From: Anaeromyxobacter sp.
GTDB lineage: Bacteria; Myxococcota; Myxococcia; Myxococcales; Anaeromyxobacteraceae
DNA: 64,000 nucleotides
Reading direction: 5' to 3'
Assembly (NCBI GenBank): GCA_049840735.1
Contig: JASGJN010000020.1
Span: forward strand, 256,001 to 320,000
Position numbers and translations under genes: made by a program. The notes beneath the pieces are model-generated. The model was not told where the DNA came from. It ran no database searches and worked only from the letters and a program-made list of their open reading frames with translations. Within the stretch, counting starts at the first letter, position 1. Each line of letters opens with the position of its first letter. Below are positions 37,845-47,697 of this stretch, piece by piece.

Positions 37845-39194
37845 TCAGCCCAGCCCGTGCTTCTTGAGCCGGTACCGCAGCGTGTCGCGCGAGATGCCCA
37901 GCAGCCGGGCCGCCTGCGACTGGTTCCCGCGCGCCCGCTCCAGCGCCTCGACGATCAGCTTCCGCTCCACCTCGTCCAGCACCAGCCCGTCGGACGGGAC
38001 CTCCGGCACCAGCGGCTCGGGGCGCCGCCCGGCGCGCAGCTCCGGGGCCAGGTGCTCGGGGCGGATCTCGTCGGCGCCGGCGTAGAGGATGAACGCCCGC
38101 TCGATGACGTTGCGCAGCTCGCGGACGTTGCCGGGCCAGCGGTGGGCCCGGAGCAGCTCCAGCGCCTCCGGGTGGATGCCGCGCACCTGCCGCCCCAGCG
38201 CGCGGTTGAACGCGGCGATGAAGTGGGCGGCCAGCGCCGGCACGTCGTCGAGGTGCTCGCGCAGCGGCGGCACGGTGAGGCGCACCACCGCCAGCCGGAA
38301 GTAGAGATCGCGCCGGAAGCGCCCTTCCCTGACCCGCTCCTCGAGATCGGCGTGCGTGGCCGCGATCACCCGCACGTCGGCCGCGTGGGCCACCGCGCCG
38401 CCGGCGTGCCGGTAGGTGTGCGCCTCGATCAGCTGGAGCAGCCGGGCCTGCGCCGTGAGCGGCAGCTCGGAGACCTCGTCCAGCAGGATGGTGCCGCCGC
38501 CGGCCGTCTCCACCACCCCGCGCGAGGGCGTGGCGCCCGCCACCAGCGGCCGCTCCTGCCCGAACAGCTCCGCCTCGACCAGCGCCGGCGTGAGCGCGGC
38601 GCAGTTCACCACCGCGAAGGGGCGGGCCGCGCGCGGGCTGCGGGCGTGCAGGGCGCGGGCGAGCCGCTCCTTGCCGGCGCCGCTCTCACCCTCCACCAGC
38701 ACCGCCGTCTCCTCGCTCCCCGCCAGGCGCGCCACCGCCGCGCGCAGCGCCTCCATCGCCGCCGAGCCGCCCACCACCGGCGCCTCGTCAGCGCCCGGCG
38801 GCGCCGCCGCCACCTGCCGCCGCGTGCGGGCCGTGGTGAGCGCGCGCGAGACCGCCTCGTCCAGCGCCTGCAGCGCGAACGGCTTCACCAGGAAGTCCAC
38901 CGCGCCGTGCTTCATGGCCTCCACCGCGATGTCCACGGTGGAGTGGGCGGAGATCATCAGCACCGCCAGCTCCGGCTGGAGCGCCAGGGCGCGCCGCAGC
39001 GTCTCCACGCCGTCGATCCCCGGCAGCTTCACGTCCAGCACCATCACCTCGGGCGGCGACGCCGCGATGGCCTCCAGCGCCCCCTCGCCCGACTCGGCGG
39101 TGACCACCTCGTGGCCGGACCGCTGCAGGCGCTCGGTGATGGACCAGCGGATCAGCTTCTCGTCGTCTACGACCAGGACGCGGGCGGCGCTCAC
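37845..39194 (-). CDS. NtrC-type response regulator (REC-AAA+-Fis) lacking GAFTGA
   Basis: GESGAGKE, LLDEV, DLYFRL and WPGNVREL are present. The GAFTGA position reads RPLVAGA. Confidence 0.88.
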   Translation of the reverse strand: MSAARVLVVDDEKLIRWSITERLQRSGHEVVTAESGEGALEAIAASPPEVMVLDVKLPGIDGVETLRRALALQPELAVLMISAHSTVDIAVEAMKHGAVDFLVKPFALQALDEAVSRALTTARTRRQVAAAPPGADEAPVVGGSAAMEALRAAVARLAGSEETAVLVEGESGAGKERLARALHARSPRAARPFAVVNCAALTPALVEAELFGQERPLVAGATPSRGVVETAGGGTILLDEVSELPLTAQARLLQLIEAHTYRHAGGAVAHAADVRVIAATHADLEERVREGRFRRDLYFRLAVVRLTVPPLREHLDDVPALAAHFIAAFNRALGRQVRGIHPEALELLRAHRWPGNVRELRNVIERAFILYAGADEIRPEHLAPELRAGRRPEPLVPEVPSDGLVLDEVERKLIVEALERARGNQSQAARLLGISRDTLRYRLKKHGLG

Positions 39195-40690
39195 GGGGCG
39201 GGCTCCGGGCGGGAGGGCGGACGGGCCTGGGGGAGGCTCACGGTGAAGACCGTACCTCCCTCCGGCGGGCAGCGGTAACCGATGTGCCCGCCGTGCTCGG
39301 CCACGATGCGCGCCGAGATGGCGAGCCCCAGGCCGGTCCCCTGCCGCTTGGTGGTGAAGAACGGGGAGAAGACCTGCTTGCGGACCTCGGCCGGGATGCC
39401 GGGGCCGGAGTCCTCCACCTCGACCATCAGCACCTCCCCGTCGGCGCGGGAGCGGACCGCCAGCGTGCCGCCGGCGCCGGCCATGGCCTGGCAGGCGTTG
39501 AGGCAGATGTTGAGGAAGACCTGCTCCAGCTGGCTCGCGTCGCCGCGCACCGGCGGCAGGTCCGGGCAGAGCTCGGTGCGGACCGCGATGCCGTCGTCCC
39601 GGTGCTGCTGGCGGATCAGGAACAGGGCCTTCTGCAGCGCGGCGTTGAGATCGGTGGGGCGCAGCTCGACGCGCGGCGGGCGCGCGAAGCCGAGCAGGCT
39701 CTCCATGGTCCCGGTGAGCCGCACCACCTGGTGGCGCATCTCGGCCACCACCTCGGCCTTGTGGGCGTCGGTGGCCAGGTCCTCCGCCATCAGCTCCAGC
39801 GCGCCGGAGAGGCCGGCCAGCGGGTTCTTGATCTCGTGGGCCAGGCCGGTGGCCAGCGCCCCCACCGCCGCGAAGCGGTCGGCCTGCACCATGCGCTCGC
39901 GGTAGAAGGCCTCCAGCTCCACCTGGCTGCGCCGCAGGGCGGCCAGGGTGGCGTCGAAGCCGCGCGCCGCGGTGCCCAGCTCGTCCGGGCGCCCCTCGTC
40001 GGCGCGCACGGTCCGGTCGCCGGCCTCGGCGCGCTGCATGGCGGCCACCAGCCGCTGCAGCGGGCTCACCACCTCGCGCCCCAGGAGCCAGAGCGCGATG
40101 GCCAGCAGGCAGATCAGCGCCAGGAAGGCGGAGAGCCCCAGCGTCCGCGCCAGCTGCCCCTGCGCCTCCACCACCGGGAGCCGCGAGAAGCGCAGCTCCA
40201 CCCAGCCGCCCACCGGCTGGCCGGCGTCGTGGCAGCGCGCGCAGGCCTGGCTGCGCGGCACCGGCGCCAGCACCGCGAACTCGCTGGTCACGCCGGGCGG
40301 GGAGAGCACGCGGGTGGCCTCGCCCCCCGGCAGATCGGGCCAGGGCACCGCGCCCAGGCGCGAGCGCTCGCTGGACACCGACACCCGGCCGGTGGGCGCG
40401 ATCAGGCTGGCCGAGATCAGGTCGGAGCGGTGGGCGGTGAGGGTGCCCAGGATGGCAGGCACGTCCGCGGGGCGGCCGGCCAGCATCACGTTGGAGACGC
40501 CGGTGGCGGTCATGCGGGCGTAGATCTCGGCCCGCTCCACCCGGGCGCGCTCCAGGTCCGCGCCGTACCAGCGGACCGCCGCCACCACCATCGCCACCAG
40601 GGTGGCTGCGAAGAGCAGCGCGGTGGGGATGAGGACCCGGGCCTGCAGGCTGGCCGAGAGGCGGGCCCAGCCGCGCGAGAGCGCGTTCAC
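39191..40690 (-). CDS. Membrane sensor histidine kinase with periplasmic CxxCH and HAMP domain
   Basis: Two TM segments, CARCH, AHEIKNPL, NACQA and FFTTK..GTGLGL. Confidence 0.9.
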   Translation of the reverse strand: MNALSRGWARLSASLQARVLIPTALLFAATLVAMVVAAVRWYGADLERARVERAEIYARMTATGVSNVMLAGRPADVPAILGTLTAHRSDLISASLIAPTGRVSVSSERSRLGAVPWPDLPGGEATRVLSPPGVTSEFAVLAPVPRSQACARCHDAGQPVGGWVELRFSRLPVVEAQGQLARTLGLSAFLALICLLAIALWLLGREVVSPLQRLVAAMQRAEAGDRTVRADEGRPDELGTAARGFDATLAALRRSQVELEAFYRERMVQADRFAAVGALATGLAHEIKNPLAGLSGALELMAEDLATDAHKAEVVAEMRHQVVRLTGTMESLLGFARPPRVELRPTDLNAALQKALFLIRQQHRDDGIAVRTELCPDLPPVRGDASQLEQVFLNICLNACQAMAGAGGTLAVRSRADGEVLMVEVEDSGPGIPAEVRKQVFSPFFTTKRQGTGLGLAISARIVAEHGGHIGYRCPPEGGTVFTVSLPQARPPSRPEPAP

Positions 40691-40739
40691 GGCGCACCTC
40701 CAGCCCCAGGGCACCGGCGCAGGTCCGGCCGTCCGCGGA

Positions 40740-42032
40740 TCAGGCCGCCTCCACCCGGTCCCCGGCCCGCCCGGCGCTCGCCTCGCCCGCGGCCTGGAGG
40801 TCGAAGATCTGGACCGCCGCGACCACCAGCGGATCGTCCGGCCCGCCGTCGCGGACCGCCTCGCGCAGCCGCGTGCTGGGCGCGTGCAGCAGCTTGGCGA
40901 CGATCGAGCCGGCCATGGCGTCCAGCTTGCGGGCCAGCTCCGGATCCTCGCCCAGCCGCTTCAAGGTGCGCTCCACCTCCTCGCGCGCGATGGCGCTGGC
41001 GCGGGTGCGCATCTCCCTGATGAGCGGCGCGGCCCGGCGCTCGGCCTCGGCGTCGGCGAACTTGCGGACCTCCTCGTCCACGATGCGGCCGGCCTGCTCG
41101 GCCGCCTCGGACCGCTGCGCCAGCGCGGCCTTCATGACGCGATCGAGGTCATCCACGTCGCAGAGGTAGACGTCCGGCAGCGCCCCGGTGGCGGCCGGCA
41201 CGGCCCGCGGGACGGCCAGGTCCACCAGCACGATGCGGCGGCGGCGCTGCCTCATGAGGCGCGCCATGGCCTCCGGGGCCAGCGCCTCCGGGGCGACCGG
41301 GGCGGCGGAGACCACCACGTCGGCCGTGGCCAGCTCCTGCTCCAGCGCGTCCAGCGGCCGGGCCACGCCGCCCACCTCGGCGGCCAACGTCTCGGCGTTG
41401 GCCAGCGTCCGGTTGAGCACCACCACCGTGGCCTTCTGGTCGGCCAGGTGCTGCGCGGTGAGCCGGGCCATCTCGCCGGCGCCGATCACCACCGCGCGCC
41501 GGCCGGCCACCGGTCCCAGCACCTTCTCGGCCAGCACCGTGGCCGCGTGTCCCCAGGACACGCCGGCCCGGCCCAGCGCGGTCTCGGTGCGGATCCGCTT
41601 GGCGGCGCCCAGCCCGCGCGAGAGGACCTGCGCCAGCTCCTTCCCGGCGGTGCCGGCGTCGGCGGCCCGCTGGAAGGCGTCCTTCACCTGCCCCAGGATC
41701 TGCGGCTCGCCCAGGATGGCCGACTCGAGGCTGCCGGCCACGCGGACCAGGTGCCGGAAGGCCTCCTCGCCCTGCAGCTCGAAGAGCGGCAGCTCGCGCC
41801 CGCCGGCGCGCGCCTGGAGCGCCGAGCGCAGCTCCAGCAGCGCCGCCGCGGGGCAGCGGGTGGCGGCGTAGATCTCGACGCGGTAGCAGGTGGAGAGCGC
41901 CACCACCTCGTCGATGCCGCCCAGCCCGGCGTAGCCGGCCAGCGCCACGTCCAGCTGGTCCGCGGTGAGGGCGACGACCTCGCGGTCCGCGACGGTGGCG
42001 CTCTTCTGGTTCAGGCCGATTGCGACGAGCAC
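40740..42032 (-). CDS. hemA: Glutamyl-tRNA reductase
   Basis: [30 protein letters not shown] and KLLHAP. GGAG SD before the GTG at 42032. Confidence 0.9.
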   Translation of the reverse strand: MLVAIGLNQKSATVADREVVALTADQLDVALAGYAGLGGIDEVVALSTCYRVEIYAATRCPAAALLELRSALQARAGGRELPLFELQGEEAFRHLVRVAGSLESAILGEPQILGQVKDAFQRAADAGTAGKELAQVLSRGLGAAKRIRTETALGRAGVSWGHAATVLAEKVLGPVAGRRAVVIGAGEMARLTAQHLADQKATVVVLNRTLANAETLAAEVGGVARPLDALEQELATADVVVSAAPVAPEALAPEAMARLMRQRRRRIVLVDLAVPRAVPAATGALPDVYLCDVDDLDRVMKAALAQRSEAAEQAGRIVDEEVRKFADAEAERRAAPLIREMRTRASAIAREEVERTLKRLGEDPELARKLDAMAGSIVAKLLHAPSTRLREAVRDGGPDDPLVVAAVQIFDLQAAGEASAGRAGDRVEAA

Positions 42033-42063
42033 GGCTCCCCCAATCCTGTTCGCCGCACCCCGA

Positions 42064-42078
42064 GCAAGGCCCGTGCCT
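42064..42078 (-). promoter_or_regulatory. sigma54 promoter for hemA-kinase-regulator
   Basis: Minus strand AGGCAC-GGGCC-TTGC. Confidence 0.7.
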
Positions 42079-42119
42079 CGACGAGATTTCCTTGGCTTTT
42101 TGCGAATGGTTGCGGCGGG

Positions 42120-42140
42120 ATGACGCAACGCTTGCGTCAT
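42120..42140. promoter_or_regulatory. Perfect inverted repeat, candidate regulator-binding site
   Basis: ATGACGCAA-CGC-TTGCGTCAT, about 40 bp upstream of the -24 box. Confidence 0.55.
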
Positions 42141-42396
42141 TTCACCCACCTCCCACCGGCGGGCGAAAGGGCTGCATCCCACCCTGCCGGCCGCGCGGGA
42201 ACCCCCCTGTCGGCGGATGTATGGACGGCTCGGGTGATCGCCCGAGCCCTCCCTCCTGCGATCGCCCCCGCCTGCCCCGGACTCTTTCCTCGCCGGCTCG
42301 GTCACCGTCCCAATGTCGCCCGAGGCCGCGATGCGGGAGATTGGGGCTCGAAGGAAGTCGGGCACGTGGCCCGGCGAAGGCCCAAAGGAGCACGTC

Positions 42397-42810
42397 ATGA
42401 CGAACCGGTTCGAGAGCGGCGCGGCGGTCCGGAGCGGCTACTATCTCAACGCGGCGCGCTGGGCGATCCAGCCGGTGGCGCGCGACGGCGAGCGGCTTCC
42501 CGAGGGCAAGGGGGTCTGGATGAAGGTCCCGACGCTGGCGGCCCTGGTGCTCACGCCCATCCTCGGCCTCACCTTCCTGATGTTCCTGCCCCTGATCGGC
42601 TTCGCGCTGCTCCTGGGGTACCTGGCGCGGCCGGTGGTCCGGCTCTTCCACCGCTCCGCCACGGAGCTGGCCGGCACCATGACCCCGGGCTGGCAGCCCG
42701 GCGAGGCGCACCTGACCGGCAAGGCGCCCGAGGCGCCCACGAAGGCTCCGGCCAGGGACGAGAAGCTGGACGCGCTGCAGGCCGAGATCGAGGAGAAGCG
42801 GGTCAAGTAG
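42397..42810 (+). CDS. Hypothetical membrane protein
   Basis: AAGGAG SD and a central hydrophobic hairpin [28 protein letters not shown]. Confidence 0.7.
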   Translation: MTNRFESGAAVRSGYYLNAARWAIQPVARDGERLPEGKGVWMKVPTLAALVLTPILGLTFLMFLPLIGFALLLGYLARPVVRLFHRSATELAGTMTPGWQPGEAHLTGKAPEAPTKAPARDEKLDALQAEIEEKRVK

Positions 42811-42871
42811 CCCGCGACCGGGGCAGCGCACCGGGCCGGTGGCCGCGCGCCGCCGGCCCGCGCGCCTTCAG

Positions 42872-43534
42872 TCAGTCCTCGACGCGGATCACGCCGCGCT
42901 TGATGGCGAACCGCACCAGCTCGGTGCGGTTGTGGACCGCCAGCTTCTCCATGACGTGCTCGCGGTGGGTCATGGCGGTCTTCACGCTGATGCCGAGGAC
43001 GTCGGCGACCTCCTTGTTGCTCCGCCCCTCGGCCACCAGCTTCAGCACCTGCTTCTCGCGGTCGGTCAGCGCCTCGTAGGGATCCGACGAGGCCGGGCCG
43101 GCCGCGCCCCCCTCCTCCATGGCGGTGCGGGCCACCTCCGGATCCAGCACCAGGCCGCCCCGCTGCACGGCGCGGATGGCGTTGGCCAGCTCGGCCCCGG
43201 CCGACTTCTTGAGCACGTAGCCGGCCACGCCCGCCTTGAGCAGGCGGCGCACGTACTCGCGATCCTCGTACTGCGAGAGGATCAGCACCCGCGCCCGCCG
43301 CCCCTGCTTGCGCAGCTCAAGCGCCGCCTCGATGCCGCCCAGGCCCGGCATGGCGATGTCCATCAGCACCACGTCCGGATCGAGCCGCTCCACCTCGGCC
43401 AGGGCCGCCTTGCCGTCCCCCGCCTCGCCCACCACCTCGAGGTCCGGCTGCGCCGAGAGCAGCGCGCGCACGCCGTCGCGCAGCAGCGCGTGGTCGTCCA
43501 CGATCAGCACCCTGATCCGTCCGGCCCCGCTCAT
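42872..43534 (-). CDS. NarL/LuxR-family response regulator
   Basis: IVDDH, LMDIAMP and LTDREKQVLKLVAEGRSNKEVA. Confidence 0.93.
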   Translation of the reverse strand: MSGAGRIRVLIVDDHALLRDGVRALLSAQPDLEVVGEAGDGKAALAEVERLDPDVVLMDIAMPGLGGIEAALELRKQGRRARVLILSQYEDREYVRRLLKAGVAGYVLKKSAGAELANAIRAVQRGGLVLDPEVARTAMEEGGAAGPASSDPYEALTDREKQVLKLVAEGRSNKEVADVLGISVKTAMTHREHVMEKLAVHNRTELVRFAIKRGVIRVED

Positions 43535-45453
43535 GCCCCGCCTCCTCCGGCCCGCCGCTGCGCCGGCGCGCCTGCTTCATGCGCCGGCGCCGCCGCGTCC
43601 GCACGCGAATCGGCGTCCGGGCCGGCCACCTCCAGGACCGGGATCCGGACCGTCACCCGGGTCCCCTGCCCCGGCGCGGAGTCCACCTGGGCGCTCCCGC
43701 CCAGCAGCTCGGCCCGCTCGCGGATGCCCAGGAGCCCCCACGCCGGCCGCCCCTCGCGCCGCACCGCCGCGTCCGGGTCGAACCCGCGCCCGTCGTCCTC
43801 GATCTCGACCCGGATCTCGCCCTCGCCCACCGCCACCTGGACCAGCACCGCGCTGGCCTGGGCGTGGCGCGCCACGTTGGAGAGCGCCTCCTGGCAGATG
43901 CGGAACACCGCCGTCTCCAGCTCCGGCGGCAGGCGCCGGTCGGGCCCCTCGAACTCGCAGCGGACCGTCACGCCGCGCGCGCCCAGCGTGCGGTCCCCGT
44001 ACCAGCGGACCGCCGAGGTGAGCCCCAGGTCGTCCAGCACCGAGGGGCGCAGGTCGAGGATCATGCGGTGGACGTCGTCCAGCGTGCGGACCGCGGTGGC
44101 CTTCACCTCGTCCAGGTCCGGCGTGCGCCCGGCCCGCAGCGCCTCGCGCGCGGCGTCCAGCTTCATGGCCAGGAGCGCCAGCGCCTGAGTGGTCTCGTCG
44201 TGGAGCTCGCGGGCGACCCGCTTCCGCTCGTCCTCCTGCGCCACGATCACCTTGCGCAGGAGCTGCCGGCGCTCGTCCTCGCGGGCGCGCAGCCGCTCGT
44301 TGGCGTCGCCCAGCGCGCGCGTCCGCTCCACCACCCGCCGCTCCAGCTCCTGGTTGGCCTCGCCCACCCGCCGCAGCAGCTGGCGCAGCGCCTCGCGCAT
44401 CCGGTCGAGCGAGAGCCCCAGCCGCCCCACCTCGTCGTGGCCCAGGTCCGGGATGGGCGCGTCCAGCTCCCCGGCGGCGATCCGCTCGGCCTCGGCGCCG
44501 AGCACGCCCAGCGGGCGGGTCACGCTGCGGGCCGCGCCCCAGGCGAAGAGCGCGGCCATGGCCAGGTTCAGCGCCAGCCCACCCACCACCACCACCCAGG
44601 GGATCTGCCCGGAGGGCGAGGTCAGGCCGACGGGCTGCCGGATCACCACCGTCCAGGGCGCCACCGTGAGCGGCGCCACCGTCAGGGTCTCGCGCGACCC
44701 CACCTTGCCGTCGCCCGCTCCCGCGCACCCGAGGCTGGTGGGCTCGCGCCCGCGGGCCTCCGCCGCCACCGCGTCGAAGCAGGCCGGCCGGAGCCCCACC
44801 CGCTCGGCGGCGGTGCTCCCCAGCACCACGCCGTCCGGGCCGAGCAGGTCGGCCTCGCCGCCCGTCCGCCGCAGCGGCGCCAGCGCCGCCGCCAGCCCGC
44901 GGTGGCCCGGGTCGAAGGTGCTGCCGGCGATCCCCACCCGCTGGCCGTCCCAGCGCCGGATCGGCACCAGCGCGTGGACCACCCAGCCGCCGCCGCGCCG
45001 GTCCAGGCCGGAGAGGCGGGGCACGCCATCGCGCAGCACCTCCGCCACCGCGGCCGCGTCCGGCGCCGGCACCTGGGCCGCGCCGGGCGGCAGCGTGCTC
45101 ACGGCCCGGCCCCGGGCGTCGAGGAGGTAGACCGCCAGCCGCGGCTCCAGGTCCTGCCGGGCGTCGGCCATGGCGCCGTGCACCAGCGCCGGGGAGGCCT
45201 CGGGGAAGTCGCGCGCCACCGCCGCCGCCAGGCGCTGCAACAGCGCCAGCTCGCGGGTCATGGTCGCGTCCAGCTGGGCGGCCACCGCGCCCGCCGCCGA
45301 GGCCCGCTCGGCCAGGAGCCGGTCGTCCAGCGCCTCGAGCCAGCGCAGGCCCACCGCGGCCATGATGGCCGCCGGCACCAGGATGCCCATGGCCATGAGC
45401 ACGTTGACGCGCTTCTGCAGCGGCACCCCGCTGGCCCTGCCGGTCAGCCTCAC
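43531..45453 (-). CDS. NarX/HisKA_3-type sensor kinase with a periplasmic sensor and HAMP domain
   Basis: ERKRVARELHDE, EALSNVARHA, DDGRGF and GLLGIRER. Confidence 0.9.
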   Translation of the reverse strand: MRLTGRASGVPLQKRVNVLMAMGILVPAAIMAAVGLRWLEALDDRLLAERASAAGAVAAQLDATMTRELALLQRLAAAVARDFPEASPALVHGAMADARQDLEPRLAVYLLDARGRAVSTLPPGAAQVPAPDAAAVAEVLRDGVPRLSGLDRRGGGWVVHALVPIRRWDGQRVGIAGSTFDPGHRGLAAALAPLRRTGGEADLLGPDGVVLGSTAAERVGLRPACFDAVAAEARGREPTSLGCAGAGDGKVGSRETLTVAPLTVAPWTVVIRQPVGLTSPSGQIPWVVVVGGLALNLAMAALFAWGAARSVTRPLGVLGAEAERIAAGELDAPIPDLGHDEVGRLGLSLDRMREALRQLLRRVGEANQELERRVVERTRALGDANERLRAREDERRQLLRKVIVAQEDERKRVARELHDETTQALALLAMKLDAAREALRAGRTPDLDEVKATAVRTLDDVHRMILDLRPSVLDDLGLTSAVRWYGDRTLGARGVTVRCEFEGPDRRLPPELETAVFRICQEALSNVARHAQASAVLVQVAVGEGEIRVEIEDDGRGFDPDAAVRREGRPAWGLLGIRERAELLGGSAQVDSAPGQGTRVTVRIPVLEVAGPDADSRADAAAPAHEAGAPAQRRAGGGGA

Positions 45454-46004
45454 CGCGTCCTCCCGCTCAGGCTCTCGGCCATGCGCTCCAGCTCCTCCTG
45501 CGGGCCGCACGAGCGGAGCCGGTAGGGGCGGCCGTCCAGCTCCCAGGCCAGCTCGCGCCAGGGCGCGCCGTAGAGCCGCAGCTCGGAGAGGCGCGCGCGC
45601 AGCCCACCCAGGGTCACGTCGCGCGTGCCCAGCACCTCCGGGCGCCCCACCAGCTCCGGGTACAGCTCGTCGCCGGCCCGCAGCGCCTGGAGCAGCTGCA
45701 CCGCCGGCCGCCCCCCGGCGTCGTCGAAGACCAGCAGCGCGGTGCCGCGCCGTCCCCCGGCCACCCAGACCTCCGCCGGCGGCCAGCGCAGCCGCTCGGG
45801 GAAGTAGGCCGGGATGTCGATGCGGGCCGCGAGCTGCCGCTCGGCCTCGGGGAGGCCGGGCACCTTGTGCGCCTCCAGGTCCGAGGCCAGCCAGGCCGGC
45901 ACCGCTCCCAGCGCGGCCAGCCCCAGCGCGGCGGCGGCCACGACCAGGACCAGGGTCCGGAGCATCCGGGCCAGCTCGACCGCTGCGGCGCGCGCGCGGC
46001 TCAC
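45450..46004 (-). CDS. Hypothetical single-TM protein
   Basis: Its stop overlaps the kinase start (GTGA). N-terminal TM segment. Confidence 0.6.
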   Translation of the reverse strand: MSRARAAAVELARMLRTLVLVVAAAALGLAALGAVPAWLASDLEAHKVPGLPEAERQLAARIDIPAYFPERLRWPPAEVWVAGGRRGTALLVFDDAGGRPAVQLLQALRAGDELYPELVGRPEVLGTRDVTLGGLRARLSELRLYGAPWRELAWELDGRPYRLRSCGPQEELERMAESLSGRTR

Positions 46005-46011
46005 GGACTGG

Positions 46012-46986
46012 TCATACCACGAAGAACAGCAGCCCCGTGACGGCCAGGCCCCCCAGGACCACCCGGGCGAAGCCGAACGGCAGGGGGGCCGGCGCCGGCT
46101 CCAGCAGGCGGCGGCAGCGCAGCTCCACGTCCGCCGCCCGGACCCGCGCCAGCGCGGCCGCGAACGGCAGGGTGCGGGCGCCGGTCACGCCGGCGCCGGC
46201 GCGGTAGAGCCGGAGCACGGCGCTGGCCAGCGCCAGCCGGTCGCCCGTCAGCTCGGCGGCGCGCTCGTCGGCGAGCGACTCCGCGTCGCGCATCAGCACG
46301 CGCGCCACCACCTGGAAGGCCGGGTTGAAGGCCAGGAGCCCGCGGGCCAGGAAGAGGGCCCAGCTGGACACCGGATCGCGGTGGGCCAGGTGGCAGAGCT
46401 CGTGGGCCACGGCGGCGCGCAGCTCGCCCGGGTCGAGCAGCGCCAGCGCGCCGCGCGAGACCACCAGCGCCGGCCGGCGCAGGCCGGTGCAGTAGAGGAG
46501 CGGCAGGTCGCTGCCCAGGTGGACGATCCGCGGTGGCGCCAGCGCCAGCCCGGCCGAGAGCGGCCGCACCAGCCCCTCCAGCGCCGCGGCCCTGGCCGCC
46601 GCCAGCGGCGTCTCGGCGCGGCGCGGCCCGCTGCGCCGGCGCAGGTACGGGACCAGGTCGACGAGCAGCAGGGCCAGGCCGGCGCCGGCCATGGCCAGCA
46701 CCCACCAGCCCATCAGCCCCATCCCCAGCCAGCGCAGGTCGTCCCAGCGCCGGGCCTCGAAGAGCGCCGCGGCGCGCCGGAAGGCCTCGGTGGCGCGCAC
46801 CGGGAAGAGGACCATCAGCGCCGGAGACACGAACAGCGGAAGGGCCACGCCCAGGAGGCGCAGGCCCATCCGCTGCCGGGGTTCGACCACCCGCCACGCC
46901 CGCACCAGCGCCTCCACCACCAGCGAGGCCACCAGGGCGTGGAAGATGGACTGGGCGAGGTACTCAGCCCACGTCGCGCTTGTCAT
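46012..46986 (-). CDS. M56 (BlaR1-like) membrane zinc peptidase
   Basis: AHELCH, NP, E.LAD.RA and several TM segments. Confidence 0.8.
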   Translation of the reverse strand: MTSATWAEYLAQSIFHALVASLVVEALVRAWRVVEPRQRMGLRLLGVALPLFVSPALMVLFPVRATEAFRRAAALFEARRWDDLRWLGMGLMGWWVLAMAGAGLALLLVDLVPYLRRRSGPRRAETPLAAARAAALEGLVRPLSAGLALAPPRIVHLGSDLPLLYCTGLRRPALVVSRGALALLDPGELRAAVAHELCHLAHRDPVSSWALFLARGLLAFNPAFQVVARVLMRDAESLADERAAELTGDRLALASAVLRLYRAGAGVTGARTLPFAAALARVRAADVELRCRRLLEPAPAPLPFGFARVVLGGLAVTGLLFFVV

Positions 46987-47697
46987 GTCCCGAGCCGTGC
47001 CCGTGCTCGGTGGGGGCCGGACGCCCCTCCAGCCGCGCCAGCTCGAGCGGGTGCTCGTGCACGTACCGGTCCCGGCCGACCTTCCCCGTGAAGATCGAGG
47101 TGTCGAAGGGGAAGACGTCCGGGTTCAGGTGGGCGTTGAAGATGTGCCAGATGGCGATCACCAGGAACGCCATCAGCCCTTCGTTGGAGTGGGCCACCTT
47201 GGCGGCCGGGATGAGCTGGCCGGGCAGGATCGAGGCCACCAGCACCGGGAAGAAGAGGATGAAGCCGGTCAGGACCATGATGACGTTGCCGACCACCAGG
47301 CCCCAGTACTCGAACTTCTCCTTGTAGGTGTACCGGTCGTAGAGCGGCTGCTTGTCGGTCGTGCCCAGGTAGTAGCGCAGCTGCTGGATCACGTCCTCGA
47401 AGTCCTTCTTGGTCGGCACCATCGTGAAGCCGACCTTGCGGGACAGCATGGTCACGATGGCGTTGGCGAAGTGGACCACGGTCGAGACGGCCAGCACGAT
47501 GCCGAAGGCGCGGTGGATTCCAGCGGCAGGCGTCGATGCCGCCGAAGATGGTCACCAGCACCTGGGCCCAGCCGGCCGTGTAGAACTTCTGCGGCAGGCC
47601 GGTGAGGCACAGCATCGCGAACGTCACCATCGTGACGAGGTGCTCGATTCCGCTGCTGCAGGTTCCAGCGGACGATGTACGGGGTCTGAGCGCTCAT
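46964..47697 (-). CDS. Cytochrome b subunit, FdnI/HydC-like (frameshifts at 47516-47520 and 47646-47650)
   Basis: Reconstructed QRIEH...LTGLPQKF...WIHR...YTYKEKFEYW...KVAHSNEG...IWHIFNAH provides four heme-b His candidates. Confidence 0.8.
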
